64,000 bases of DNA, from positions 4,960 to 68,959 of the forward strand of contig JAABTM010000002.1 in assembly GCA_011389855.1 (NCBI GenBank). The letters are read 5' to 3'. The notes under the pieces are model-generated. The model was not told the origin of the DNA. It did no database searches and saw only the letters and a program-made list of their open reading frames with translations. A program made the position numbers and the translations under genes. Origin of the DNA: Desulfobacteraceae bacterium (GTDB lineage: Bacteria > Desulfobacterota > Desulfobacteria > Desulfobacterales > JAABSP01). Shown here one piece after another: positions 54,509-63,013 of the stretch. Numbering within the stretch: the first letter of the stretch is position 1; each line of letters begins with the position of its first letter.

Positions 54509-55193
54509 CGGTCTTCTCCTCTGATGGCGGGGTTTCCGGGTTTTCTGCTTTCAACCCCAGATAATTTTCATCATAGACCGTCAGCAGGGCCATGGACAGG
54601 GGGACGAGGACGTCCGACATCTCCCTGTGGCGGGTGGGGATAGACTGGACCAATCGCATGGAAATATCATACAGTTTATCGTGGAGCATGTCCATATTGA
54701 CGGTGGGGTAGGGCTCTCCGGGAACGAACCCGGAGAGGCCGCAGGTGTGTCCTTTTCCACCGATGGCGGTGGGGATGCCGTAAAGACGGCAGGTGATCGG
54801 GCGGTGCTCGTACAGATCGCACCGATTTTCATCGTTCAGCATGGGGCATCGCAAACGCTGTTCGGATAGGTCGTCGAGGATGGCGTTCTGGTCTTCGCCG
54901 GATTCCAACCGTTTGTAGGCGTCCCGTTTGATCTTATAGACGTCGCGATCTGCGCGGTTGAGCTTTTCGGTCAATACACCCCGCTGCTTTTCATCAAGAT
55001 GACGGTGATACATGTTATTAATGTAGAGGGCCTCGATGAGCGTAAGGTCGAAAAGGGCGTGGCAACAATCCGCGCAACCGACGGCGCATCGGACGCAATC
55101 GCCGTACTCCTCCTGGACGCGCTGGTAAGTTGCGTCCACGACGTTTCGGATCGCTTCGTATTCCCTGAAAAAGGGTTCAAAATCTATGTCCAT
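54501..55193 (-). CDS. YkgJ-like cysteine-cluster protein (PF03692 type), copy B
   Basis: CVRCAVGCADCC plus RCPMLNDENRCDLYEHRPITCRLYG. AGGAG SD 9 nt upstream. Confidence 0.8.
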   Translation of the reverse strand: MDIDFEPFFREYEAIRNVVDATYQRVQEEYGDCVRCAVGCADCCHALFDLTLIEALYINNMYHRHLDEKQRGVLTEKLNRADRDVYKIKRDAYKRLESGEDQNAILDDLSEQRLRCPMLNDENRCDLYEHRPITCRLYGIPTAIGGKGHTCGLSGFVPGEPYPTVNMDMLHDKLYDISMRLVQSIPTRHREMSDVLVPLSMALLTVYDENYLGLKAENPETPPSEEKTDG

Positions 55194-55226
55194 GGCGGTG
55201 TATCTCCTTTGAAAACAACATATTAA

Positions 55227-55256
55227 GCGTCAATGTTCCACGTGGAACATTGACGC
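55227..55256 (-). terminator. 30-nt perfect palindrome immediately after the mnmE stop
   Basis: gcgtcaatgttccac/gtggaacattgacgc, with a CACGTG centre. On the minus strand it is followed by ttaatatgttgttttc. Confidence 0.45.
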
Positions 55257-55258
55257 CG

Positions 55259-56635
55259 CTATTTACCGATGCAGAACTGGCTAAAGATATGATCCAGAAG
55301 ATCCGGGGGCGCTGAATCCCCAAGGACGTCTCCAATGGCGCGTTCGGTCTCATGAAGGTCGATGGCGGTCAATTCCAAAGGGGCGTCGGCGCTGATTCCT
55401 GAGCGTGCTCTACGGAGTGCATCGAGTCCACGGGACAGGGTCTTGTGGTGGCGAAGATTAGGCATCGCCGATGCGGCGGCCTGGAAATCGCCGATGGCGA
55501 GGTTGCTGATCGCTTTCCGGAGATTTTCGATGCCGCCGCCTAACAGGGCTGAGGTTTTTACAAGCTGTGCCCCTTCGACCCCATCCGGAAACCCCGGCGG
55601 TCCATTGTCCTGGACCAGATCCCATTTATTGATAACGATAATGCGTGCTTTAGATTGCGTCAAATGGAAGGCGGATCGGTCTTCTTTGGTGATCGGTTCG
55701 CTGGCGTCCAGTACAAGAAGAACCACGTCGGCGGCCTCGATGGTATGGCGCGTTCTTTCGACGCCGATGATCTCCACAGGGTCATCCGGCATGTGAAGGC
55801 CGGCGGTGTCCATCAGGACGATGGGGACGCCGTCGATGGAAAATGGCGCTTCGATCACGTCACGGGTCGTACCTGGAAACGGGGTGACGATGGCCCGTTC
55901 GTCATTGAGCAATGCGTTCATCAAACTCGATTTGCCCACATTGGGACGTCCAACCACCGCCATCCGGAGACCGTCCCGAAGAAGCCGGGCGTTCTCGTAT
56001 CCGCGGCACAAATCGGCCAGGGGGCGGATGGCTTCCGTTTCGAGCCGCTCGGCAAACGCATCCGATGGAATCTCTTCGACGCCGTCTTCGGAAAAATCGA
56101 TGGCGGCATCGATTCGGGCCAGAATATCCCAAAGGGAACGCCGCACGGTACGCAACCGATCCCCCATGCCGCCCTGGAGTTGTCCGGAGGCGGCGGCCAA
56201 AGCCCGATCCGATTGGGCGTTGATAACATCGATGACCGCTTCCGCCTGGGTCAGATCGATGCGGCCGCTGAGAAACGCCCGTCTGGTGAACTCGCCGGGG
56301 TCGGCCAGCCGGGCTCCGGCGGCCAGCGCCCTTTCCAGGATGGCGCGCAACACGGCCTGCCCGGCATGGGCCTGGATCTCCACCACATCCTCACGGGTGT
56401 AAGAATGGGGCGCCCGCATGACCACCATCAACACCTCGTCGATGATCTCCCCGGGGCCGGCCGATACGATGTGGCCATGATAAAGCCGGTGGGAGGTCGG
56501 AGGGTCCGGACAGGGCCGACCGCCGGAGCGGCGAAAAAGCCGGGTCGCGATGACGATGGCCCCTTCCCCGGAGATCCGGATGATCCCGATGCCGCCGCTT
56601 CCCGGCGGCGTGGCGATGGCCGCTATGGTGTCCAA
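55259..56635 (-). CDS. mnmE: tRNA modification GTPase MnmE
   Basis: DTIAAIATPPGSGGIGIIRISG N-terminus, G-domain motifs (GRPNVGKSSL, DTAGL, NKWD) and the C-terminal FCIGK. Confidence 0.95.
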   Translation of the reverse strand: MDTIAAIATPPGSGGIGIIRISGEGAIVIATRLFRRSGGRPCPDPPTSHRLYHGHIVSAGPGEIIDEVLMVVMRAPHSYTREDVVEIQAHAGQAVLRAILERALAAGARLADPGEFTRRAFLSGRIDLTQAEAVIDVINAQSDRALAAASGQLQGGMGDRLRTVRRSLWDILARIDAAIDFSEDGVEEIPSDAFAERLETEAIRPLADLCRGYENARLLRDGLRMAVVGRPNVGKSSLMNALLNDERAIVTPFPGTTRDVIEAPFSIDGVPIVLMDTAGLHMPDDPVEIIGVERTRHTIEAADVVLLVLDASEPITKEDRSAFHLTQSKARIIVINKWDLVQDNGPPGFPDGVEGAQLVKTSALLGGGIENLRKAISNLAIGDFQAAASAMPNLRHHKTLSRGLDALRRARSGISADAPLELTAIDLHETERAIGDVLGDSAPPDLLDHIFSQFCIGK

Positions 56636-56644
56636 GGCCCCATG

Positions 56645-57679
56645 TCACGCGTTCTTTTTTTTGCGCCCTTTCTTTTTGGGAAAAATCACCAGTTTCCGGT
56701 AAAAACCGTCTCCCATGCTCTGGGTCCGGACGGCGGCATCGTCGCGCAGGGACAGATGAACGATGCGTCGATCATGGGAATTTAATTGCCCCAGGGTTAC
56801 CGGCTTCCCGGTCTGTTTGGCTTTGGTGGACAATTTGGAGGCCAGCTCCTCCAAACGGGAGCGGCGGCCTTCGAGATAGCCTTCTATGTCCACCTGGACG
56901 CGGATCCGGTTGCTGGCCTGCTTGTTGACGATCTTTTCCACCAGGTACTGGATCGCCTCCAGGGTCTGGCCGCGCCGGCCGATGAGCACGCCGGCATTGC
57001 CCCCCTTGACATGGAAGAGCACCCGGTCAGGTTCTTTCTCGACGACGACCCGGGCCTCGGCGGTGATGGAATCGATGATCCGCTGAAGCCCCTCGACGCC
57101 CTTTTCCAGAGCGGCCTCGGCGGCCTCGTCCAGCTCCATCGGCGCCTGGGCTTCTATTGTCTCTTCGGCTGTCTCTTCGGCTGTCTCTTCGGCGCCTTCT
57201 TCCGCGACGGGCGCCTCCGCGGGCGCTTCCTCGCTCTCCGTTGGCGGCGCCGGCGGAGGTTCCGCTTCATCAGCCGCCGAGGCGATCTCCTGGGGTTCGG
57301 TCGTCGCTTCCGCCGGCGGGACGGGGGCGTCCTCAAGATGCGGTTCGCTTTCGGTCGGCGCGTCGAAGGTCTCTTCCATCAGGGAGGAAATGGTGTCGGC
57401 GATGTCCTCCTGTTCGTATTTTTCCTCACGGGAAGGGGAGGGCGTCTCGGCCTCCGGCGTCGGTTCCGGTTTGCCGCTCCGCTTTTTGCCCGGTTTTTTA
57501 TCGGCGGGTACGCTGACGCGGATGCGGGCTTTCTTGGCGCCGACAAGGCCGAAGATGCCGGTGGCGCCGTAGGAGATCACATCGTATTTGAGTTTATCCT
57601 TGGGGATATTGAGTTCTCGGCTTGCTCTTTCGACGGCGTTTTCCACTTGTTTGTCTTCAAATTCCAGAAATTGCGCCAT
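56645..57679 (-). CDS. jag: Jag-family RNA-binding protein (Jag_N + KH + R3H) with a long acidic/proline-rich insert
   Basis: Jag_N (VENAVERASRELNIPKDKLKYDVI), KH (GVLIGRRGQTLEAIQYLV) and R3H (NSHDRRIVHLSL). At 344 aa it is longer than usual because of a low-complexity linker of about 130 aa. Confidence 0.85.
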   Translation of the reverse strand: MAQFLEFEDKQVENAVERASRELNIPKDKLKYDVISYGATGIFGLVGAKKARIRVSVPADKKPGKKRSGKPEPTPEAETPSPSREEKYEQEDIADTISSLMEETFDAPTESEPHLEDAPVPPAEATTEPQEIASAADEAEPPPAPPTESEEAPAEAPVAEEGAEETAEETAEETIEAQAPMELDEAAEAALEKGVEGLQRIIDSITAEARVVVEKEPDRVLFHVKGGNAGVLIGRRGQTLEAIQYLVEKIVNKQASNRIRVQVDIEGYLEGRRSRLEELASKLSTKAKQTGKPVTLGQLNSHDRRIVHLSLRDDAAVRTQSMGDGFYRKLVIFPKKKGRKKKNA

Positions 57680-57697
57680 GGGCTGAAACCTCCCTCG

Positions 57698-59386
57698 CTA
57701 AGACTTTTTCTTTCCAATGTAGGACTGCTGCGCGATCGACAGGACATTGTTGACAAGCCAGTAAAGCACAAGTCCGGACGGGAAATTGATGAAAATGAAG
57801 GTGAAGACGATCGGCAGAAAGGTCATCATTTTGGCCTGGGCCGGATCGCCCGGCGCCGGCGTCATCTTTTGCTGCAGGAACATGGTGGCGCCCATGACGA
57901 TGGTGAGCACCGGGATGCCGTAGGGCGGCTCCATCAGCGGTACATAGCCGACATCGAAGTTGAACAGGCGGTCCGGGGCCGACAGGTCGTTGATCCATCC
58001 AAAGAAAGGCGCGTGCCGGAGTTCGATGGCCCCGTACAGCATCCGGTAAAAGGCGATGAAGACCGGAATCTGAAGGATCATGGGGAGGCACCCCCCCATG
58101 GGGTTGATCTTGTACGTCTTGTACAAGCTCATCAATTCCTCGTTCATCTTCTTTTTGTCGTCCTTGTACTTCTCCCGGATTTTGGCCATCTCGGGCTGGA
58201 GCTTCTTCATCTCGTTCATGGACTTGTAGCCTTTGTTTCCCAGGGGCCACAGGACGATTTTAATGAGGATCGTCAAGATGATGATGGCGATTCCGTAATT
58301 GGGAATCATCCCGTATATGAAGTTCATGAGCTGGAGACCGGGTTTGGCGATGATGTCGAACCAACCGAAATCGATGGCGCGGTCCAGTTCGTTGTTCAGG
58401 TCGGAGAGAACCTTGAGGCTTTTGGGGCCAAAATAGAGATCGAACTGAAACTGCTCGACGCCGCCGGAGGCGATGGGGCGGGCGGGGGCGACATAGTGAT
58501 TCTGGAGGATGCCGGTGGGCGTCTTGCTGAAACGGACCCGGGCCTCCCCTTCGTTTCGCGGGATCAGGGCCGACAGGAAATATTGTTTCTCCATGGCAAC
58601 CCACTGGACCTCGCCGGAGATGGGGCCTTCCTTTCCCACATCCTTGGGTTTGATCTGCTCAAGTGAATGGTTGACCAGCACGCTGGGGCCTTCAAATGCG
58701 TAGTAGGCGCCGGCGCTCTCGTCCGCGGCGGTGAGGGTCACCGTCAAGGGGTCCCGAAGGGCGAGACCGGATCGGTTGTCGACCCGGACGGTATACCCGA
58801 TGAGGTAGGTGTCGGGCGAAAACGCATAGGACTTTTCCACCTTCACGCCGTCGGGGGAGGTCCAGGTAAAGGAGAGGGTGCGGGGAGCGTCGGAGAGAGA
58901 AACGCTGTTCCGGCCCGGGGCGGCCTTGAAGACGGCGTTTTCCATTCCCAGCGAAGCGCCGCCGGTAAAATCGGTCAGCATCGTGGCGCCCGCCATTTCA
59001 GGGACGAGTTCCTTCAGGGGGGCCGTTTCCCCCACCGCCTCCCGGTAGTTTTTCAAAACGAAGCTGGTCATAAGCGCCCCCTGCTCTGACAGGGTCGCCC
59101 GGTACAGCGGGGTGTCGACGGTGATGGTGCGTGCGGGTCGAACGGTCCGGACGGGAGAGGATGGCGGCGTCGCATCTGCCGCATCCGTCTCCGGGGCCGT
59201 TGTGGCCGTCGGCGTTTCGGGCCGCGGCCCAGGCGGTGTTTCCGGGGCCGCCTGCCGGGGGGCTTCGGCGGTTTGTTGTGTTCGCTCAGGGGGGGGCGCG
59301 GCATCCCTGTCGATAAAGAAGAGTTCCCACAGGAAAAATACAAGGAAAGAAAGTCCTATGGCTATCAGTATTCGCGCTTGTTCCAT
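57698..59386 (-). CDS. yidC: membrane protein insertase YidC
   Basis: N-terminal TM, a large periplasmic domain and the conserved C-terminal core (GIAIIILTILIKIVLWPL, MGGCLPMILQIPVFIAFY, NFPSGLVLYWLVNN). Confidence 0.95.
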   Translation of the reverse strand: MEQARILIAIGLSFLVFFLWELFFIDRDAAPPPERTQQTAEAPRQAAPETPPGPRPETPTATTAPETDAADATPPSSPVRTVRPARTITVDTPLYRATLSEQGALMTSFVLKNYREAVGETAPLKELVPEMAGATMLTDFTGGASLGMENAVFKAAPGRNSVSLSDAPRTLSFTWTSPDGVKVEKSYAFSPDTYLIGYTVRVDNRSGLALRDPLTVTLTAADESAGAYYAFEGPSVLVNHSLEQIKPKDVGKEGPISGEVQWVAMEKQYFLSALIPRNEGEARVRFSKTPTGILQNHYVAPARPIASGGVEQFQFDLYFGPKSLKVLSDLNNELDRAIDFGWFDIIAKPGLQLMNFIYGMIPNYGIAIIILTILIKIVLWPLGNKGYKSMNEMKKLQPEMAKIREKYKDDKKKMNEELMSLYKTYKINPMGGCLPMILQIPVFIAFYRMLYGAIELRHAPFFGWINDLSAPDRLFNFDVGYVPLMEPPYGIPVLTIVMGATMFLQQKMTPAPGDPAQAKMMTFLPIVFTFIFINFPSGLVLYWLVNNVLSIAQQSYIGKKKS

Positions 59387-59499
59387 TCTCTTCTCCTAAC
59401 TTTCTCGGACAAATGGCGGTTGTTTTTCGGGGTCATGTTGTTTCATCGTGGGATTCGACATCATTCGATATCAGGGGATCGGTGTCGCCGGCGCGTACG

Positions 59500-59694
59500 T
59501 CAGGGGACCGGATCATATCCTCCGGGGTGGAAGGGATGGCAGCGGAAAAGGCGTTTCAAAGAGAGGTGCATTCCCTTGAACAGACCGTGTTGCACAAAGG
59601 CCTGGTTGGCGTATTCGGAACAGGTCGGATAGAAACGGCAGGTAGGCCCCCACAGAGGGGATAGGACGTATTGGTAGGCCCGAATAAGGAACAC
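59500..59694 (-). CDS. yidD: membrane protein insertion efficiency factor YidD
   Basis: [31 protein letters not shown]...[17 protein letters not shown] start. Confidence 0.9.
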   Translation of the reverse strand: MFLIRAYQYVLSPLWGPTCRFYPTCSEYANQAFVQHGLFKGMHLSLKRLFRCHPFHPGGYDPVP

Positions 59695-59708
59695 GACGGG
59701 CCGAACCG

Positions 59709-60068
59709 TCAGGTTTCGTTTGATGGCGCACCCCTCGGAATGCTGTCAAAAAGGTTTCCCAGCGATGAAAAGGCGAGGGACGACGGAAGGTCGGCCGCCG
59801 ATTTCTTCGCGATGACGTTGATGTCCCAATTTCCCCGGAGCCGGTGGCGATTCAGCCTGAAGTATTCCCGGACGTAGCGTTTGATGCGGTTTCGGGCGAC
59901 GGCGGTTCCGACTTTTTTGGTCACGGTGATGCCCAAACGGGGCCGCTGAGCGCGGCCCTGTCCGAAGTTGGCGATAAAATATCGGTTTTGTACGCGCTTT
60001 CCCGAAGCGGACAGGCGGAGAAATTCATGGCGCTTCAGCAGCCTGTCCGCTTTGGTGAAGGTGATCAG
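59709..60068 (-). CDS. rnpA: ribonuclease P protein component (start codon unresolved)
   Basis: [16 protein letters not shown]...[28 protein letters not shown] is the RnpA RNR motif region. There is no in-frame ATG/GTG/TTG between the conserved N-terminus and position 60272. The only candidates at the expected position are CTG (60068) and ATC (60065), both overlapping the rpmH stop. Confidence 0.75.
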   Translation of the reverse strand: MITFTKADRLLKRHEFLRLSASGKRVQNRYFIANFGQGRAQRPRLGITVTKKVGTAVARNRIKRYVREYFRLNRHRLRGNWDINVIAKKSAADLPSSLAFSSLGNLFDSIPRGAPSNET

Positions 60069-60199
60069 GCCGACAGCCGCTTTCTTCCCTTGGCCCGCCG
60101 CCGGTTGATAATCCGCCGGCCGCCTTTGGTGGACATCCGCTTCAGGAACCCGTGGGTTCTCGCACGCTTGATTCTGCTCGGTTGATACGTTCTCTTCAT
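60065..60199 (-). CDS. rpmH: 50S ribosomal protein L34
   Basis: Not in the ORF track because it is under 60 aa. My own translation of the minus strand gives [44 protein letters not shown] followed by a stop. Confidence 0.95.
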   Translation of the reverse strand: MKRTYQPSRIKRARTHGFLKRMSTKGGRRIINRRRAKGRKRLSA

Positions 60200-60277
60200 A
60201 ACGAACACCCCTTAATAATTGAATTTTGAGCCTATGCCCCCCATTCCCGGCCTTCGGCCGCGGATAGGACACTGTTA

Positions 60278-60422
60278 AGAGCCTATCCGAAAACCGCATC
60301 TTTTGGCCCCATGCGGCGTTCTCGCTCTTTTTCAATCCTCGAAATAGTCGCGCTATTCCTGCGGTTGAAAAAGAGCTGCGGCCTTGCCTGGAACCAAAAT
60401 CTACGGTTTTCGGATAGGCTCT
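60278..60422. repeat. 145-nt element bounded by 19-bp perfect inverted repeats (MITE-like or structured RNA), upstream of rpmH
   Basis: agagcctatccgaaaaccg (60278-60296) and its exact reverse complement cggttttcggataggctct (60404-60422). The interior pairs further (ctctttttcaa/ttgaaaaagag and more). Confidence 0.85.
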
Positions 60423-60652
60423 AAATGATTAACCACTAGCAATAACCATAATCGCGGGCTTATGTCAATATCAAAATCAATCCGCCAGCCGATGCGGTAA
60501 TCAGACAATATAATCCCCGCCGGCAGAGGGTGCAACCCGCCGAAGGCCATTTCCGATTCTGGATTTGACCTATGTTTTTGCGGGGATTTTTGCTAAACAA
60601 CCGGTCAGCCCTGCAAAAAGGGCCGTAATCTTTTGGGAAAGGAAACGGATAA

Positions 60653-61405
60653 ATGACGGAAGAAATGACGCCGCTGTCGCCCGAGGACCGGTTTCGATTC
60701 GGATGCGGCGAAGCGGTCCCCTGTTTTAACGAATGCTGTCGGGACCTCAATCAGTTCCTGACCCCATACGATATCCTGCGGTTGAAGCGCCATCTGGGAG
60801 TCCCCTCCCACCGGTTTCTGGTGGAATATGCGGTGATCCACACCGGACCCCAGACGGGTCTGCCGGTGGCTGTTCTCCGACAAGGGGCTGAGGGGGACCA
60901 TCCCTGCCCCTTCGTAACCCCTTCCGGCTGCGCGGTCTACGAAAATCGCCCCTCGTCGTGCCGGATCTATCCCGTAGCCCGGCTCCTCTCCCGGTCACGG
61001 GAGACCGGGGCGGTCACGGAACATTTCGCCCTGCTCCGGGAGCCCCACTGCTGGGGGTTCGACCGGGGGCGGGAGTGGACCGCGGAGGAATGGATGGCCG
61101 ATCAGGGCCTTGCGCCCTACAACGAGATGAATGATCGGCTCATGGCGATCATCGCCCTCAAAAACCGGCGCTCCCCGGGGCCGCTGAGCCTCGGGGCCCG
61201 CCACGCGTTTCAATTGGCCCTCTACGATCTCGACCGCTTTCGGCCCCAGGTCTTCCAGGAGAACCTCCTCCGGGAGTTTCCCGTTGACCCCGATCTTCTG
61301 GAACGGGCGGAAACGGACGACGAGGCGCTGCTGCGGATCGGTTTTCAGTGGATTCGGGAGACGCTTTTCAAGACCGAAGACGGAAAGACGGGAGCCGACC
61401 GATGA
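60653..61405 (+). CDS. YkgJ-like cysteine-cluster protein, copy C (CFNxCC subtype)
   Basis: RFRFGCGEAVPCFNECCRDLNQFLTPYDILRLKRHLG plus PCPFVTPSGCAVYENRPSSCRIYPV. Confidence 0.8.
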   Translation: MTEEMTPLSPEDRFRFGCGEAVPCFNECCRDLNQFLTPYDILRLKRHLGVPSHRFLVEYAVIHTGPQTGLPVAVLRQGAEGDHPCPFVTPSGCAVYENRPSSCRIYPVARLLSRSRETGAVTEHFALLREPHCWGFDRGREWTAEEWMADQGLAPYNEMNDRLMAIIALKNRRSPGPLSLGARHAFQLALYDLDRFRPQVFQENLLREFPVDPDLLERAETDDEALLRIGFQWIRETLFKTEDGKTGADR

Positions 61406-62217
61406 CGCTTTCAGGCAAAACCGCGCTGGTGCTGGGCGCCATCAAGGGGATCGGCAAGGGGATCGCGCTGTCCCTGGCGGGGGAGGGCGCTCGGGTGGCG
61501 GCCACCTACTGGGACTGGGAGGAGGAACTGGACCGGATGACGGCCGATTTCGCCGCCATCGGCGCCGACCCGCTTCTGCTGCGCATCGATCTTCGGGACA
61601 CCGACGCCATTCCGAAAATGGTGGACCGGGTCGTGGACCGCTTCGGCCGCCTGGACATCCTGATCAACAACATCGAGCGGGGCGGCTGGCCGGTGGTCCA
61701 CGGCCCCTACGTCCGGGACCAGTGGGATCTGGAAATGGCCACCACCCTCCGGGCCAAGCGGTGGGTCTTCGACGCGGCCCTTCCCCATCTCAGGGCGTCG
61801 GGGGACGGCGCGGTGGTCAATTTGTCCTCCATCGCGGGCCTGGTGGGACGATCCGGACCCGCGGGGGCGATCTTCAACGACGGCTATGCCGCGGCCAACC
61901 GCGGCGTCTCTCTTCTGACCGAAACCTGGGCCCGGATGGGGGCGCCGGAAGTTCGGGTCAACGAGATCATGCTGGGAATTTTCGGATCCCGGCACGCAGA
62001 GGGAACCCGGGGGTGGGGACTGCTCACCGAGGACCAGAAGGCGGCCATAGCGGACCATACGCTCCTGGGCCGAACCGGACGCATCGAAGACGCCGTCCGC
62101 GCGGTGCGGTTTTTGTTGACGGAGGCGCCATTTATGACCGGCGGCGTGATCCGGCTCGACGGGGGATATGTTCTGGGCGGGGAGAAGGTCGGCCCCATGC
62201 CGCCCGGCGTCCTGTAA
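61402..62217 (+). CDS. short-chain dehydrogenase/reductase family protein (atypical active-site region)
   Basis: Start MTLSGK overlaps the upstream stop (ATGA). GKTALVLGAIKGIGKGIA cofactor fold, ILINNIERGG and NLSSIAG. The expected YxxxK reads YAAAN by my eye alignment. Confidence 0.8.
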   Translation: MTLSGKTALVLGAIKGIGKGIALSLAGEGARVAATYWDWEEELDRMTADFAAIGADPLLLRIDLRDTDAIPKMVDRVVDRFGRLDILINNIERGGWPVVHGPYVRDQWDLEMATTLRAKRWVFDAALPHLRASGDGAVVNLSSIAGLVGRSGPAGAIFNDGYAAANRGVSLLTETWARMGAPEVRVNEIMLGIFGSRHAEGTRGWGLLTEDQKAAIADHTLLGRTGRIEDAVRAVRFLLTEAPFMTGGVIRLDGGYVLGGEKVGPMPPGVL

Positions 62218-62224
62218 GTGGCGG

Positions 62225-63013
62225 TTACCGCTTTTGCTTGAGGATGGACGACGGCTTCCCCCAGACAAACAGTTCTATCCAGGCCAGGCCGATGGCGAGG
62301 AGGGCGTCGTCGTCGATCCGCGCCCGTTTAAGGGCCGCGGGTTTGACCTTGAACCGCTTCGAAAAGGAGCTGTTGAAGACGAATTCCCGGAACCGGTCGA
62401 TGTTGTAGGCCGCCATGAAGGCCATTCGGGCCCGCCGGCCATTGGGGCCTTCGGGGCCCCAGGGGTCCCGGAGGAAAAGCCGTTTGATCTCGATCCACCT
62501 GAGCGTCCGGCGGTTGTAGCTTTCCGCTTCCTGGTCTTCGGCCCAGTCTTCGATGGTCCAGGTCTGTTCCTCCGCCTTGCCCAGGCAGAAGTCGGGGGGT
62601 CGGAAAAAATGGACCAAATCTGATCGGCCGCTGTCGGCGTCGAACCTAACCCCGTGTTCGACGGGAAAATCCCGGCAGGTTCCGGGGCGGTCCGGGTAGA
62701 CCTCGCACCCGGCGTCGGACAGGAAGGGGCAGGTGGCCTCGGCGTTGTCGGCCATGCGCAGGAGCACATCCGGGAAATGGTTGTCCGACCGCATCACCAC
62801 GTCCACATGCCGGTCGAGGAAGTCGTCGGAGGAAATGCCGAGCCGGTTTTTGAGCCGGACGACGTCGTAGGGGTATAAAAACAGGTTGAGATTCCGGCAG
62901 CATTTGTTGAAGCAGCCGATGTCGGGATGGCATCGGAAGGCGAACCGGTCGTCTTCCGCCAGCGGTTTTCCGGGCAGCTTCTCCATACGTTCCGGGTCGT
63001 CGATGTAACGCAT
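62225..63013 (-). CDS. YkgJ-like cysteine-cluster protein, copy D (CFNxCC subtype, paralog of copy C)
   Basis: RFAFRCHPDIGCFNKCCRNLNLFLYPYDVVRLKNRLG plus TCPFLSDAGCEVYPDRPGTCRDFPV. Confidence 0.8.
   Translation of the reverse strand: MRYIDDPERMEKLPGKPLAEDDRFAFRCHPDIGCFNKCCRNLNLFLYPYDVVRLKNRLGISSDDFLDRHVDVVMRSDNHFPDVLLRMADNAEATCPFLSDAGCEVYPDRPGTCRDFPVEHGVRFDADSGRSDLVHFFRPPDFCLGKAEEQTWTIEDWAEDQEAESYNRRTLRWIEIKRLFLRDPWGPEGPNGRRARMAFMAAYNIDRFREFVFNSSFSKRFKVKPAALKRARIDDDALLAIGLAWIELFVWGKPSSILKQKR

Noticed and set aside
60200-60652. Chromosomal origin (oriC) next to rpmH.
   Set aside because: I found no dnaA gene adjacent, no TTATCCACA-type DnaA boxes by eye, and no AT-rich 13-mer array. The region is instead dominated by the inverted-repeat element.
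60460-60750. 96-aa minus-strand ORF in the spacer upstream of Cys-cluster copy C.
   Set aside because: It overlaps the start of a well-supported plus-strand gene, has no SD, and its sequence looks non-protein-like.
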